Positions 48,046 to 61,466 of a stretch of 64,000 bases of DNA are shown here, in pieces. Below the pieces are notes generated by a model, which did no database searches, had not been told where the DNA came from, and saw only the letters and a program-made list of their open reading frames with translations. The position numbers and the translations under genes were made by a program. This DNA is from Fistulifera solaris (taxonomy: Eukaryota). The stretch is taken from positions 434,001 through 498,000 of the forward strand of contig AP026164.1 of NCBI GenBank assembly GCA_030295235.1, given 5' to 3'. Each line of letters opens with the position of its first letter. The first letter of the stretch is position 1.

Positions 48046-48968
48046 ATGATAATGTTGGGTCTGCGTCTTTCCCTGCTGCATTTGTTCACAATGAATACGC
48101 TCTTCAATCTGCGCGTTGTTTTTCCATGAAGACATTGGCAGGCTTCCGACGAAGTGCACTTCACGCGTCCTTTTCAGGAGAAGCTACAGCCTGTAATAAA
48201 AAGAAGCTTCTCATTTTGGGAGGTACAGGGTTTCTAGGTCAGAATATCTGTGAGCAAGCGTTGCAGGCAGGTTACGATGTTGTGAGTCTCTCCCGACGTG
48301 GTCTTCCTCCTTCGGGAGGAGTATCGAACGTCGACTATCGACAAGGCGATGCTCGCTTGAAAGATTCGGTTAGGAATATTCTCAGTGAAAGCTCTGACTT
48401 TGCGGGGGTCGTTCACTGCATCGGGTTGTTATTTGATGACCAGTCGGGTTTGGGTTCTTTAAATGTCTACGTTTCGGGCTCTGGATCAGTTCCTGATGCG
48501 GCGTCCACGTATGAAACTATTACGCGGCAAACTGCGTTTAACGCGATCGAAGTGGCTACAGAGTACGCCAAAAAGAATGCGTTACAACAGTTTCCTTTTT
48601 GTTTCACATCGGCCGCCGAAGCGGGGTGGCCCCATGTGGCTGGAGGAGATCTTATCGAAAACTACCTTGCGCCAGACTTTTTGAAAAGATATCTTATGGC
48701 AAAGCGTGCGGTGGAAGCGAAACTGCTTTCGAGTGAACCTACTTTACGTCCGATTATAGTCCGACCGTCGTTGATTTACAGCATGGATCGACCCTTGAGT
48801 TTCCCTCCCGTTGGTGCTTTCTTTGTGGGCAACAAAATCGGTCTTCCCTTCGTCGATCGACCAGTGACGGTGCAAAATTTATCAAATGCTATGGTAAAGG
48901 CGATAGCAAAAGACGATGTGAAAGGCCTGCTACGCTACCAACAAATCGATGATATCAGTAGTTCTTAA
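48046..48968 (+). CDS. Atypical SDR / NAD(P)-binding Rossmann protein (COQ11/NDUFA9-like)
   Basis: LLILGGTGFLGQNIC, SLSRRG, VVHCIG, RYLMAKRAVE (YxxxK) and IVRPSLIY. The start is uncertain: ATG 48046 needs one indel, or ATG 48126. Confidence 0.8.
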
Positions 48969-49033
48969 CCCATCGGCAAATATGACTTAACGAGCTTCAT
49001 TAGTATCTCGTTTCTTGCAAGCTTATTCTATAG

Positions 49034-52000
49034 CTATAATACACCTGGGTTATATAAGCCATCGTGTTGAGATGCGGCCCTTTGGTTAGCTTTCTGCGCA
49101 TCTGAATACGTTACAAGTTTTTCAGGGAGATCCGGTATGGTCGGTGTTCTGCTCTTCAAATGAAGAAGCGACTCGTCCTTTCCTGCGCGGTCTAACATCC
49201 CCGCTGCTGCACCCCAGTTCACCGAATTTGCATCTGCGTCACTAAGAGAATCCGCTATCATTCGAAGTAATTCTCGAACGAATTCTTTTTGGTCCTTTGC
49301 AGACCTCTTTGTCGACATGTTTTGTTCGAACTCTGTGATAACACCATGCGAGACTCCTGGTAAGCACGACAGTATCTGTCTAGGATGAGCACACGGGGTT
49401 ACTTGAATACCGCCGCCATGTAAAGGGTCGTCTACGGTTTTCGCTTGCTCAAAAGTCGAGGGACCGGACATGCTCTGTTGTGAAGCAGGTCCCTGACCTC
49501 CAAACTGCAACGTCTGTCCCAATACCATTCTGCAATAAATATCACGGATGACATTAATCATGTCCCATTCGATGCCAACCATCCATTTGGGCTCCGTTAC
49601 AACGTTCTTCACCGCTTGTGAAAACATTTGCTGGCCAAGAAGTTGTACATAGTGAGGAGACCAAGCTGTGGCTTCTAGAATCCGATGACATATTTTAGTG
49701 ACCCTTCGGCAGGTATAAGCATCAGGATATCCAAGACATTGGATTATTGACAACGTCAAACTGCTGGCGATAGCCTCACTTTCGAGAAACAAAAAGTGAC
49801 AAAGGCCTTTGATGCGCCGGAGCTTTCTGGCGTCTTCATAAATTTCGTGCTCGGTCCTCGTCGTCCCATTCGCGTCTACCGTATCTACAATCTCTGGGCT
49901 GGTATCAGACCTTTTACTTGACTGTTCGTCTCTGGCCAAATTAGCAAGCACAAGAGCCCAGTCGCCCTTTAAGGCCAACGCCACCTGCAAAACGTCACTA
50001 AATGTCCTACTTAGCTCCACGACGCTTTTTTCTACCGCTGCCTCGGATGTCACAGCATCGAGCTCGCCCACAAACAACCCCGCGTGCCCATAATACCAAG
50101 TGTACCAAGTCTCGCTACCCTGAGAAGCAAGTAAAGCAGCGCGATTACAATCCGGTGTAGTTAGGGCTTTCCTGGGAGACAGTGAGTCTCCGACTGCGTT
50201 ACTCGCGTTCGCATTCAAAACTGGATCCCATGTTTTTCGAGCCGAAATCGAATATGGTCGAAGATAGGACTCATAATGGGCTCGATATGGGTCTTGTACA
50301 ATGTAGAAGGGGTGCAGGTCAGGATAAACGTGACTACGTGCTTCATGAATTGGTTGAAATGTCTGTGTTCCATCGATCGAAGAGATGATGGCTCGGTCAA
50401 AAGCGTGACGAGGCGCGGGTAAAGGTGAGATATTTCCGGAGCGAACAGTACTTTTTGGGTGCAAAGCAGTCCTAATAACTGGAAGCATGTGTTTCGAAGT
50501 TCATTGAACCAGCCGCTCCACTTGGGTACCAAGTTAAGATCGCGACGACTTGCACCTGTGACAACGCTTCCAGCGGTCCCACCCTCTCCAAATACCCCGC
50601 CTGATTGCGCATCATGGTTCTTCGATAAAAATGCCTCATCCTCTGATATCGCGAAAAGATACCTTTGGTAGGGATTCCTTAGAAAGACGCTCTGTTGTTC
50701 TGGTCTCCAAACTGCAAGAATTACTTCGTAGATTTGAAGAAGCACCGGCAGAAAACGTGGCCATAAAGGCACAAAAGGGTCATCAACAGCAAGATCGTTG
50801 ATACTCATAGGCCCTTCATCCCGAAATGTGAATTCAGAGTACATACTTATGTTCATAATAGATCCGTCGATGGGATTGAGCTGTGATCTTTTCTTGCGTG
50901 CCGCCTCCTGGCACCGTTTTCCCACGGACAAAAGCTGGTTTAAAGGGGTAAAGACTCGGTAATAGTTTTGAGTGATTCTTTGAACAGTTCCCGGATCCGT
51001 CGCTGCAGCTGGGTTGCTGGCTATATCTGCGACTCCCAAATATTCTAGAAAAGAGGGCACAGAAGAAACCCATCGTTGGATATCAAGAGCTTCAAGTGAC
51101 TCAATTGCTGTTGAAAGGACTCCTCCTATGAAGTTTGACCGAGCCTGGTGATCGTCGACAGCTGTCGCAACGCATGAAAGAAATTCGAAAAGATGAGTTT
51201 GATTGAGTGGAATGAGTCCGTCCATTGCTAAAAGTGAGCTTGTCGCATTACTCAGCTGCGATAACCAGGGGACGAGGTGCTGGGGAACAACTTTAGCAAT
51301 GGTCACAAGTGCTGATCCGCTCCGTTTCTTTAATCCAGTAATTTCTGGACTTAGCCCTTTGCCAGGTTGAACATCGGTCGCGGTCCACTCATCTTTCAGT
51401 CCCAAGTAGCCAATTAATGATTCAACACCCTGGAGTAATGTTGATGAATCATATTTCCACACAAACCTGAGTGGTTCCAGCAGATACGTCCTTCGGAAAC
51501 GAAGCCACAAATGAGCTGGGTTCCAGGTGACCACGCTGTGAACAAGTTCAGCCAATGCTGCCTTTGTGCCCGTCCTAAGCTCCAGTCGTGCCTTATATTC
51601 CTTTTGATTTGAACTTTGTTTCGCGTTATCATCCATGGACCATGATGGTAGACCACTTAATAAATTTTCCATGGGTAACGCAATACCTTCAAATTGTATG
51701 ACTGCGTCACTAAGTTGGGTGACCTGTCCGTTGGATGAGTCCAAAAAGTTCAAAGGTTCTCCGTTGGCGTGACTCTGAAGGAGCGACTTCATTCTCGCCA
51801 CAAGCGTTTGAGCAACTATACAAGGTTCAACAGTCCCCGCGTATTTAAAGACTGCGCTTGACCGTGATCGGAAGTCGGAAAGCCATGCATCATAGCCATC
51901 TGAATCCTCAAAGCTCGCCTCTAGGAGCTGAGAAAACGGATGTGTCTCGTTTTCGACGTCCTCCCAACGAATTCGCGACACGTGGTTCATGAAAGAAAGG

Positions 52001-53430
52001 ATAATGTCTTGGAGATACGGAGCTAATAGCCGACTTTGTGCGATTTGAGGATCACGAAACAAAGTAGTCCATGTATGCAATTGCTGACAGCAAACCTTTC
52101 CTGACGGATGTCGTAACATTTCAACCGTCAACAACGTGAACGCATGAAATATGTCATACTCAGTACCTGATTGATTGAGAATAGATTTGCTCGATGTGAT
52201 GTAAGTTACGTACGAGGACAGGTGATTGGAAAGAAGACGCGAAAGCGCTTTGTGGTAGCCGAGCTGGTCTGTCAATGAATCATACTGTCGAGTTGTGTCG
52301 CCCTCGGCCGCCACTTCGCTTCTCCGAAACTCTTCAACCGTGCTAAAAGCGCGATTCGCTTCCTGAACTGCAACCGGCAACTTTCCAAGAAGATCGATCC
52401 ATTGTTGTGTCTCCAATTTGCCCCGAGTTACTAGCTGATCCAAGCAATCAATTGCCTTTACTTGTATTTCCGCTGTCGGTTCACGAAGCAAATGCAATAG
52501 TGGCAGAATGAAATCCGGAGAGCCTCCAATGATCCAAGAAAATGGCATAGAAAAGCAGAATTTTTGCAACAAAAGCAAGGTATCAGCGATGAGAAGAGCC
52601 AGATCCTCCGCTCGCTTCTTTTCGCGTTTGTAGGAGGCGGCCTCATCCTCGGACAAAGTGTGAACGGTCCGATTTTGAGTGATGAGATATTTGTGCATTT
52701 CAAATAGAGATGTTTGGGATTGCTGAAGAAAGACATAATGTTCGAGCAGCTGATAGAGGAGAGGGAGAAAGCTACCCACGACCTCATTCAAGCCTTTCAG
52801 GATATCATTGCGCCTGGTTGTTGGTACTTTCGCGTTGAAGTCGCTATCAGTGCAATCTTCCGCAAGAAGTTGTAGACACTCGAGACAAATTTTGATGCCA
52901 GCATTTCGCCCTGATTCTGGTGACACCTCGTCGTACCAAAGACCTCCTTGACTATACGGAGCGAAAATATCGGCAATGAAAGTAGTCCATCGCTGCGGGA
53001 AGTCACGAATCGCTATCGACTCAATAATCAACGCAAGCTTCCTTCCCAGTATTCTGATTTGACCGCTATCAACTGGTTGTTGACTCTGGATACAAAGCAA
53101 GCGCGCCGACGTTAATACAGCTTGCCGCAATGTAGTTCGATCCTGCTCCGATAATGACGAATAGCTGTAATTTCCAGCCTTTTTCTCCTGCAAGAAAGAA
53201 GATAAGAGTTCCAAAGCTAGTAGTTTTGTTGCAACGGTGATGTCACTTCCTTCATAAACATGAAGCTCTGACTGTATCCATGCCACGCAGACAGCAATTC
53301 GTCCTTCAAATTTCTTGAACTCTTCCAGAATTGCAAAAGCGCTTTGCCGGTCCGCTGCCGAAAAAGCAGAATTATAAAGCGACGAAACGGCAATGGCGCG
53401 AAGAACGGTTTGCTCTTGATTTGGGTCCAT
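49034..53430 (-). CDS. XPO5: Exportin-5-like karyopherin (XPO5/MSN5/HASTY)
   Basis: About 1460-aa helical protein with IAIRDFPQRW, LQLLAEDC and RRNDILKGL. The two ORFs join by one indel at 50233-50237 (RLEKTWDPVL). Confidence 0.78.
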
Positions 53431-54334
53431 TTTTGTGGTGAATAGTTGCTAATAAATGAGGTAAAACATGAAATCCTGAGAAGAAGGGAGGATGACAACT
53501 GTTTGTTTTTGAGCAGCTTTCGATGTTCTTTCAAATTGTTAAGAAGACGTTAAGATTCGACTTTGGGCGTGCTTTTTTCAAAGATAAGTATCAGAGACTA
53601 CGGAACGGGATTGTTTATTCTCAAAGTGCTTTTGTCAATCAACAAGGTTTTTGAATGGATGAGGATGAAATGACATGAACGACGAAATAATGAATAATGA
53701 AGGACGGATTAGAAGATAGAAGTGCGAGGGCAGGATGGTCCGGACGGATGACGTACAGGAGAACCAGCTGTACGCTACGCGTACGCACGCCTGGCTGGCT
53801 CATGACTCATGACTCGACCTATCCAGTCATAGCGAAAAACAATTCACGGACTTATTCCATGTTTAGAAGGAAAGCCACCTTAAATAAATAGTAAAAGAGG
53901 AAGAACGAGAATTACGTGCAGTTCACGTACAAAGAAGACTTGTCCGTGTCTCTAATGCCGCATGAAAAATATGACTAACGACTGAAATGCAGTCGTGGTG
54001 AAATACGGCCTACACGCTGGGTGCATAGTACATTGAGTATTCAACGATAATTCAAATGTATCGACACAAAGCATCAAGATGAGTCCTGCAATACCACTGA
54101 ATAACGTAGTTGCATCGTGTTGGAAGCAAATGGATCTTACTAAATCAGTAGGACGAACGATTATCAATTATTAGTCTCGCTCGGCTCAATAACGACTCAT
54201 GACTGAAACGCAGTCGTGGCAAGAATTCGTTCCGTCACATGTTTTCTCTTATCGCAGCGCAAAAGAGAACGAGAGCGTCGGCGTGATCTTGCTGCAACTA
54301 CTAGTCTGCAGTTCAGCTAAAAGAGAGCGCAAAT

Positions 54335-55071
54335 ATGAGTGGAAGAGACGGTACAGAGTGGAGGAAACCAGTGATCGTTGGAGAAGATGTCAAGCCATTC
54401 ATGAAGGAGGAGGTACGTCCATGAAACGTCAGTCGCGTCGCCCCAATCTGCGCTTACGAGCAGAGTCCGTTTTTCATTTTCAGCACATCTATCCACCCGA
54501 ATACGAAGGGCACTTTGATGGAGTCATGATAACTTGTGCGGAAATTCATGAGCGTATTCAGCAGCTTGCGACGTTGATACACACCGACTACAAGGGCATT
54601 CGCCCTGTCTTGGTGTGTACACTGAAGGGCGCGTCGCCTTTCTACATTCATTTATCGGATGCCTTGAAAGAGATTAGGCAAGGGTTTGATATGGAGTTTG
54701 TTCGGGCGTCTAGCTATGAAGGTACGGCAACCAGTGGTCAGGTAGAATTTGTTGGCGAGTTAAAGATGAATTCGTTGCAAGGGAGACACATTCTATTGAT
54801 TGAAGATATTGTTGATACTGGGACCACGCTCAGCGCTCTCATTCCCATGCTCCAACAGCAGGGAAATCCAGCGGGCGTCGAAGTGTGTTCGTTGCTGGAT
54901 AAGCGTCTAGAGGTGAAAAAGTACGAGGCCAAATACGTCGGTTTCTCAATCCCCAATAAGTTTGTGATTGGGTATGGACTGGATTACGAAGAGTTGTATC
55001 GTGATCTCAAAGATATTTTTGTTATTTCTCAACTAGGTATCAGTTTTGATGCCAGTACGTTACACAAATAA
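54335..55071 (+). CDS. HPRT: Hypoxanthine-guanine phosphoribosyltransferase; 2 exons
   Basis: LVCTLKGA, RASSY, PRPP-binding ILLIEDIVDTGTT and FVIGYGLDY. Phase-0 intron GTACGT...CAG at 54413-54483. Confidence 0.93.
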
Positions 55072-55184
55072 TCATGAGATGTTTGTAAATAACGCCTAAA
55101 CTATTTCAAAGAAAAACGAGGCGCAGCAACATCATTTAAGTCCTTTTTGCACTTAATACGTGAATTTGGCTACGTTTTACACTC

Positions 55185-56071
55185 CTAAGTCTCCATTGCT
55201 TCCGATTCCTTCTCTTCTTCGCCCTCCTCGTCATCATTGTCGGCTTTCTGTTCAAGTTGATCGATGTAGGGTTTCAAAGCATCTCCTTCAATGAGGGTGA
55301 AGCTCTGATCCTTTCCGACAATAGCGATACTGCCATTGTCAACCGTAAGCTCATCGTCACCGCTTACACAACCAGCCAAGGCTTGTAGAGCATGCACAAT
55401 TAGCTGATCGGTCGAACATGTCGCGAATGTTTCGTAATGTTTCTCCAGATACGTTCGCGCCGATTGACTACGAGCCCCAATCGCACTCGCGTAAAACTCG
55501 TAGAGATTTCCGCTGGGACATGTCTGATAGAGATGAGGAACACCACGACTGTCGACACTGGAAATCAATAGACCTACACCAAAGGGTCGACGGACGTAAA
55601 TTTGCGTTGTTCGCTGGTGTTTGTCAGCGAGGTCCGCCATCAACTGATGCGGTGGGATGGGTGTACCGTAAACATATTTGTGATTAAGGCACTCTGTCTG
55701 CATGTACTTTGCTAGGGATCGAGCATCGGCAGTGAGACCCGCAATACCACACGCAATGTGATCGTCTATTTCCAACAATTTCTTTTGGTGACTCGACAGC
55801 TCCGAGACGGACCTTTTCAAGGCTCCCAGTACGCAGGTTGTATCACTACGAAGCCCTACGCAAGCGGAACCTTGTTTCACAGATTCCATGGCGTACTCGA
55901 CCTAGTAGCTATCGAGTTAGAACAGCGTAATAAACAACATGATGGCACTAACAAGTACGGAGTAATTAATATAAAAATGAAGGGGCGGAGGCTACAACTC
56001 AAACTCACCTGAAGTAGGCGGCCTTCCGGACTCCAGACTGTTACATCGGTATCGTATTGATTGCGAAACAT
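55185..56071 (-). CDS. PSMA1: 20S proteasome subunit alpha type-1 (alpha6); 2 exons
   Basis: [46 protein letters not shown] and [20 protein letters not shown]...TAG intron at 56008-55902. Confidence 0.96.
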
Positions 56072-56590
56072 TCTTCTAATGTGAATTACTATGAAACTTG
56101 TTTATCAAACAGGAAATGCAATCAAAGGAGTCCACCATGTGACGGATGATATTTTTCATCTGCCCCGCTCTCGACGACTCTCGACGCGAAAGATCCTCGC
56201 GGATCGTTGTCCTTCGTCCGCGTGTGGACGGACTTACTATGGACTGTACACAATTATATTGTGAACAACCTATGGTAGGTTGACGTTAAATTTCATCTAA
56301 GCGATGGGCGCCTTACATGGTCAATTGTACTTAAATTATTATATCATTGAGCCCGCACGGAATTTGCTTAACCGAATCCGTCAATCATGTTGTTCGCCAA
56401 CGAATATTTGAATATGCCTCAACTTCTCAGAGCACGTATCACAAAATTGCCGCGGTTTTTTGTCACGCTCGTCGACCTTTACCAAGGTTTCAGCATCATT
56501 TATTTTCTTAATGATTTGTTGTCTTTACCCTGCTTCAGCTTTTCGATCACATACCAAGCAAGCAACGACAGAAACAAATTCATCGACAAA

Positions 56591-59500
56591 ATGGCCCCTC
56601 AACGTACGGATAGTCGCTTGTCCCTTCCACAACGCACGGATAGTCGTTTGTCCCATCCACAACGCAACGAACGGCGCGATAGTTCTGTCTCGCGTCGTCG
56701 CGATAGTTCCCTTTCACGACGTCGTGATAGCCTTCCTTCGTCATGCGAGTCTTCCACTGTTGTGACGGAGAAAAATGTGCGACTTCGTCAAGCTGCCAGG
56801 CGTCAATCGATTGCCGAGTTCAAATTGCAAGCCAAAAAGCAACGCGATCTTATTCTTCGCAAAGAAAACGACCCTCCTTCCGATCCGTATTCACCTCCAA
56901 TGACCCGTTCCGCGAAAAAGTCATCTCAAGTGATCGGTATTCCACGATGCAGCAACGGGCTAGTCTTGAACTTCTCACCTCCCAACCAGGAAGAGAATGA
57001 AGCTCGCGAAAGACTTGAGAAAGAGCGTAAAGAAGCCGCCAGGTACGTCAGCCGTCGATTGTGTATCTCATGTTGTGTTGTTTATATCTCATTGAATCTA
57101 TTATGATCCAAATATTCAGAGCTATGAGAATCCGAAAAAGTCGTGATAGCGGAAACCTTCTGATCTATTCACCAAGTGGACGTCCGCTCTATCACCCCGC
57201 AGGAGGCGTGGAAAATGAAATCGAAGATCAGGTCATGACCGACGTATCCCCTACAAAAAAGCATTACAGGTTTCCACAGCCGGGTCGATGACGAGCTGAA
57301 AGGTCTCTTGGACGAAATGAAAGAGATCATGAAAAGTTCTTCCAACTCCAACGTCGACGCCGTTCTTCAGCAACAATTTCAGCGGATGGAAGTTCTTACA
57401 AACGAGAAGGCCAAATTAGAATTCGAGAACAAGGATCTGAAAGAAAAAGTGGCTTTCGTGTCTACTCTCGAAGACCAACTCCGAGATGAAAGAGTCGAAA
57501 AGGAGAAGCTTCTCAACGATAAAGCAAGCTGCCAGTCTCAATGGGAACAGAGATTTCGTGCTCTCGAAGAAGAGAAAAAAAGAGATTCAAGGTGCCATGC
57601 ATGACCTTGAAAAACAGATGGTGGCTCTAAAAACAAAGAATGTCGATGCAGAAGAAAGACTCCATCAGCAGAACACAGTATTCGAAGAGATGAAAGAAAC
57701 TCTGGCCAAAGATAATACTACGTTGAGGCATCTCGTTGAGAAACTTGAAAAGGAGAAGATAGCAGTTGAAGAACGTGCGCTGCAGCTTGAGCAATCAATC
57801 CAGACGGTATCAAATCGCGCTAGCGAAACGATTCAGCAAGTTGAAAAACGCTTGGAAGAGAAAGAAGAAGCCCTCATCCAGGCCAAGGCTGCACAACAAG
57901 AGCTGGAAAACGCCCTCGTCGAGCTAATGCATGAATTAAAAACCACTTCTCACAAAGCAGGCGTTGATCGAGAGGCCTTTATCAACATGAATGAAGAGAA
58001 CCAGTGTATCCAGAGTGACCTGAAGCAGTCTATTGCAGAAAAGGACAAGAAGATTGGCGAGCTGTTTAAGCAGCTGGGTGAAAAAACACTCTGAGGTAGA
58101 AAAAGAGCGAGCTCTGTCTTCGTCCATGGCAGGCGAAGTCGGGAAACTCAAGGAAAATTTTCTACTTGCAACATCAAAGGCTCATCAAGCTGAGAGTGAG
58201 CTCGAAGTACTGCAAGAAACGATGACAAAGCGCAATGAGCAACTTGAGTTACTCTCTGGACGTCACGAAGAAATGGTCGCTACCAATGAACGGCTGGAAA
58301 AGGAAAAGTTTACATTGGAGGAAGCGGTAACAAAGCTTAAGGAAGTGGTTGAACAGCTATCTGCGCGTGTAACAGAATTGAGCGCTGCAAACGAACACCT
58401 GGAAGACGAAAAATCAGCATTTCAGGAAAAACTTCTGCAGTCGGAGACCTCGTTGATTGAGGCAAAGAATGAAAACAAGGAGTACACCGAGTTGCAAAAA
58501 GTTACCAAGACTGAGTTGGAGCAATCGCTTCTCGACGCCCTTACTGCAAAAGATGAGATGGAACAGAAACTTGCCGATATCGAAAAAAGATTTGCATCAC
58601 TGCAGCAAAACCTTTCAGCTGCTTCTGGTCGCGTCGAAGACCTTGAATGCGCTCTAAAGAATGTGTCCGATGAAAGAGACATGATAAAAAACCATATGGC
58701 TACTTTCAACGAACGTGAGGATGAACTTCGAAAGAAGCTTTGGCACGCTGAAGGGGTTCGAAGAGCCATGCACGGCAAACTGATCCAGCTGATGGGTAAC
58801 ATTAGAGTCTTTGTCCGAGTGCGACCAGCAATTCAGGGCGAACTCGGTGCATCCGCAAACACTGACGAAGAAACAAAGAAAGTATCGCCCGGTGATAAAC
58901 GAAAGAGGTCGGAATCGCAATTGACAGCATCTACCACACCTTTTCACTTTCCTGGTGTGTTCAGTGATGCCTCTTTAGACGACATGACCAAAAATAGAAT
59001 CGAGGTTACCGAGCCTCCAAAAGACAGAGGTGGTCTTAAAGACCGGCGCAAAACCTGGAGTTTTGCCTTCGACGGTGTCTTTCCGCCAGAGAGCAGTCAG
59101 AAAGAAGTCTGGGAAGCCACCGAACCTCTTGTTCAATGCGCCGTGGATGGATACAATGTCACTGTGTTTGCTTATGGTCAGACGGGTAGTGGCAAGACTT
59201 ACACGATGCTGGGAGAAGCCAAAAATGAAGGAATTATCGCGCGAGCGGTCGGGAAACTTTTGCTGCGAAGGATGAGATTGAGTCTCTCAGTATAGAAGAA
59301 ACGGAAGTGAAAGTGTCTGTTGAGCTCCTTGAAATTTATAATGAGAAGGTTCGCGATCTTCTTGCTCCCCAGGGAAGCGACTTTCTCAAAGTGTCGTCAC
59401 AAGACGTAAGCGGCAATCTAGTTGCCGAGACAAGCTGCAAAGAACAAGTCTTGAAGATCCTGCAGCATGCACAGAGTCGGCGCTGCGTGAAAGAAACTCT

Positions 59501-59994
59501 TTCGAACGCAGAGAGCTCAAGAAGTCATTTGATATTCACGATTCACTTCGATGTCAAAGCGAAGGATGGCTCTATTCGCAAGGGGAAATTAAACATCTGT
59601 GACTTGGCTGGCAGTGAACGGCTCAGTAAAAGCGGAGCACATGAACAAGGTGTAAGTTTTAAATGTTCATTTCTGGAATCGGGCCCATGTAACTGACAGC
59701 ACCTCTTTGTTTCTATAGGGAGCATTACTAAAAGAGACTCAGCACATCAACAAAAGCTTAAGTACACTTTCCAACGTAATCGAACGACTCCAGGCCGGGG
59801 ATAATAATGTTCCCTTCCGCGAGTCAAAACTTACGCTTCTCCTTAAGGACAGCCTGAGTGGAAATTCAAAGACGCTAGCGATTGTCTGCTGCAACCCGTT
59901 ACCATCACACATGAGCGAAAGTATTAGCAGTCTTCGCTTTGCATCGAAGGTCAATCGGGTCGATCTGAAAGCAGCGACAAACTTCTCCTGTTAA
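56591..59994 (+). CDS. Kinesin-14 (C-terminal motor, KIFC1/Kar3/Ncd-like); 3 exons
   Basis: Basic N-tail, long coiled coil, neck LMGNIRVFVRVRP, FAYGQTGSGKT, EIYNE, NAESSRSH, DLAGSER, HINKSLS and PFRESKLT. Introns at 57043-57119 and 59652-59718; indels at about 57258, 57578, 58084 and 59260. Confidence 0.92.
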
Positions 59995-60109
59995 TCTTGG
60001 GAACTGATCGTTTCGCCGTAGAAAAGAAAAGTACTAACCATTAATTCGAATCGTAATACTTATGTACGTTAGAACTCTAATGGTGCTTCTACATTCACAA
60101 CAATTTATC

Positions 60110-61466
60110 TCACACTGGAAAGACTGTTGCTTTCTCGTCCTCCCCTTCCTTGGGCGACGGCAACATCATTTCGTACTTAAGCTCCAATTCGTGCAGCCGT
60201 TTCCAGACTGCTGTGTTTTCCCGCTCAAGCGCTTCCGCCCGGTTCTCTAGTTGCTTGACAACACCGATCATCATATCGACGAGTGAAGGTGGCTTGGGTG
60301 CCAGTTGCGGTGTTCGACGATGTGGATTCAATACTTGAAAGGAAAGTGGCGAAGGCCCATTAAATCGGGGCACTACTTTGGGTTGAGGCTTGGTCACTTT
60401 CGTCTTCAATCGACTGGCTGCTGCGATGGGAACATTGGGTGAAGTAACGAGCACAGCCTGAGTATCCTCGGTAATTGATTCAACGGCACAATTAGTTTTT
60501 GCAATCGGACTCGGTACGTCGAAAACTGAATGGTTGTCGACCGCCATTTGGTTGTAATTCTTTGGGTCGCTGACCGATTCATTTAAGAAAGGGAGCTGTG
60601 GACCTGGATCAATACCGCAAGGAGATCGCTGCTCCAGGGGCGTCGTCTTGTCGACCCATGTAACCGTGTGTTTTGTGTTTTCCAACGATGCAGCCGCAAA
60701 CGCTCCGTTTGGCGCGCTCTCGGGGACGGTTTCCGGGGATACGTAGACATTGGATGAAAAGGCACGGATCATCGTCGATGCGGTCGGAGAACCACTTTCG
60801 TGCCCCAAACTCGGTGGTATCGCGTACGACTCAAAGTCTTGCCACGGAAAGATATCTTTGACGAAATCCTGGTGATTCGCGTCGATCGGTGTTTGGTGTG
60901 CCGGCGTGGGAGTTCCGAGTATATGAAAACCCGATGATCGGAATGTGGAAGTGGATACGCTTGGCCCCAAACCGATCGGTCGTAGCGGATTCTCATCCAT
61001 GTAGGCTTGCAAGAGCAAGTCTTCACCGTCGAGGGGACTGGGCGGTGCATTTATAGTAGAATGAACCTTGCGTTTGTTTTTTTGGGGAGTGCTACCCCTT
61101 ACTACTTTTCGCTTGCGAGAAGAATCATTTTCTTTTCATTTGTTCGGAATGAATCCATTTCTCTCTTGAGTTTGGCGATGATCTTCGCCTTGTCTAATTC
61201 CAAAATTAATTCTCCTTGAGCATTCTTCCTGTAAGTTTGGAAACGGTTGCGAACGAATTCAGGGTAGACTTGTTCTTGTAGCAATGAGCTTTTCTGTTTG
61301 GTGTTTAGATACTTTGGAAACCATCCGAAAAGCCATTCTTGCACCTTTTACTACAATGTCCTTTGCATCCGCGGCGACCAATGATGAGATCGTACTGTTC
61401 CAAGTCTTTGCAAGTTGTCGGCGAAAGTGTGTCCGCTGTGGCAGCGGATAGGCTTGCTGGGTCCAT
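60110..61466 (-). CDS. Hypothetical protein with degenerate DUF6824-like N-terminal domain and C-terminal coiled coil
   Basis: YDLIIGRRG..GH, then after an indel at about 61347 KY...KSSL...RF...ELDKAKIIAKL. After a second indel at about 61135 it joins ORF 60110..61018. Confidence 0.55.
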
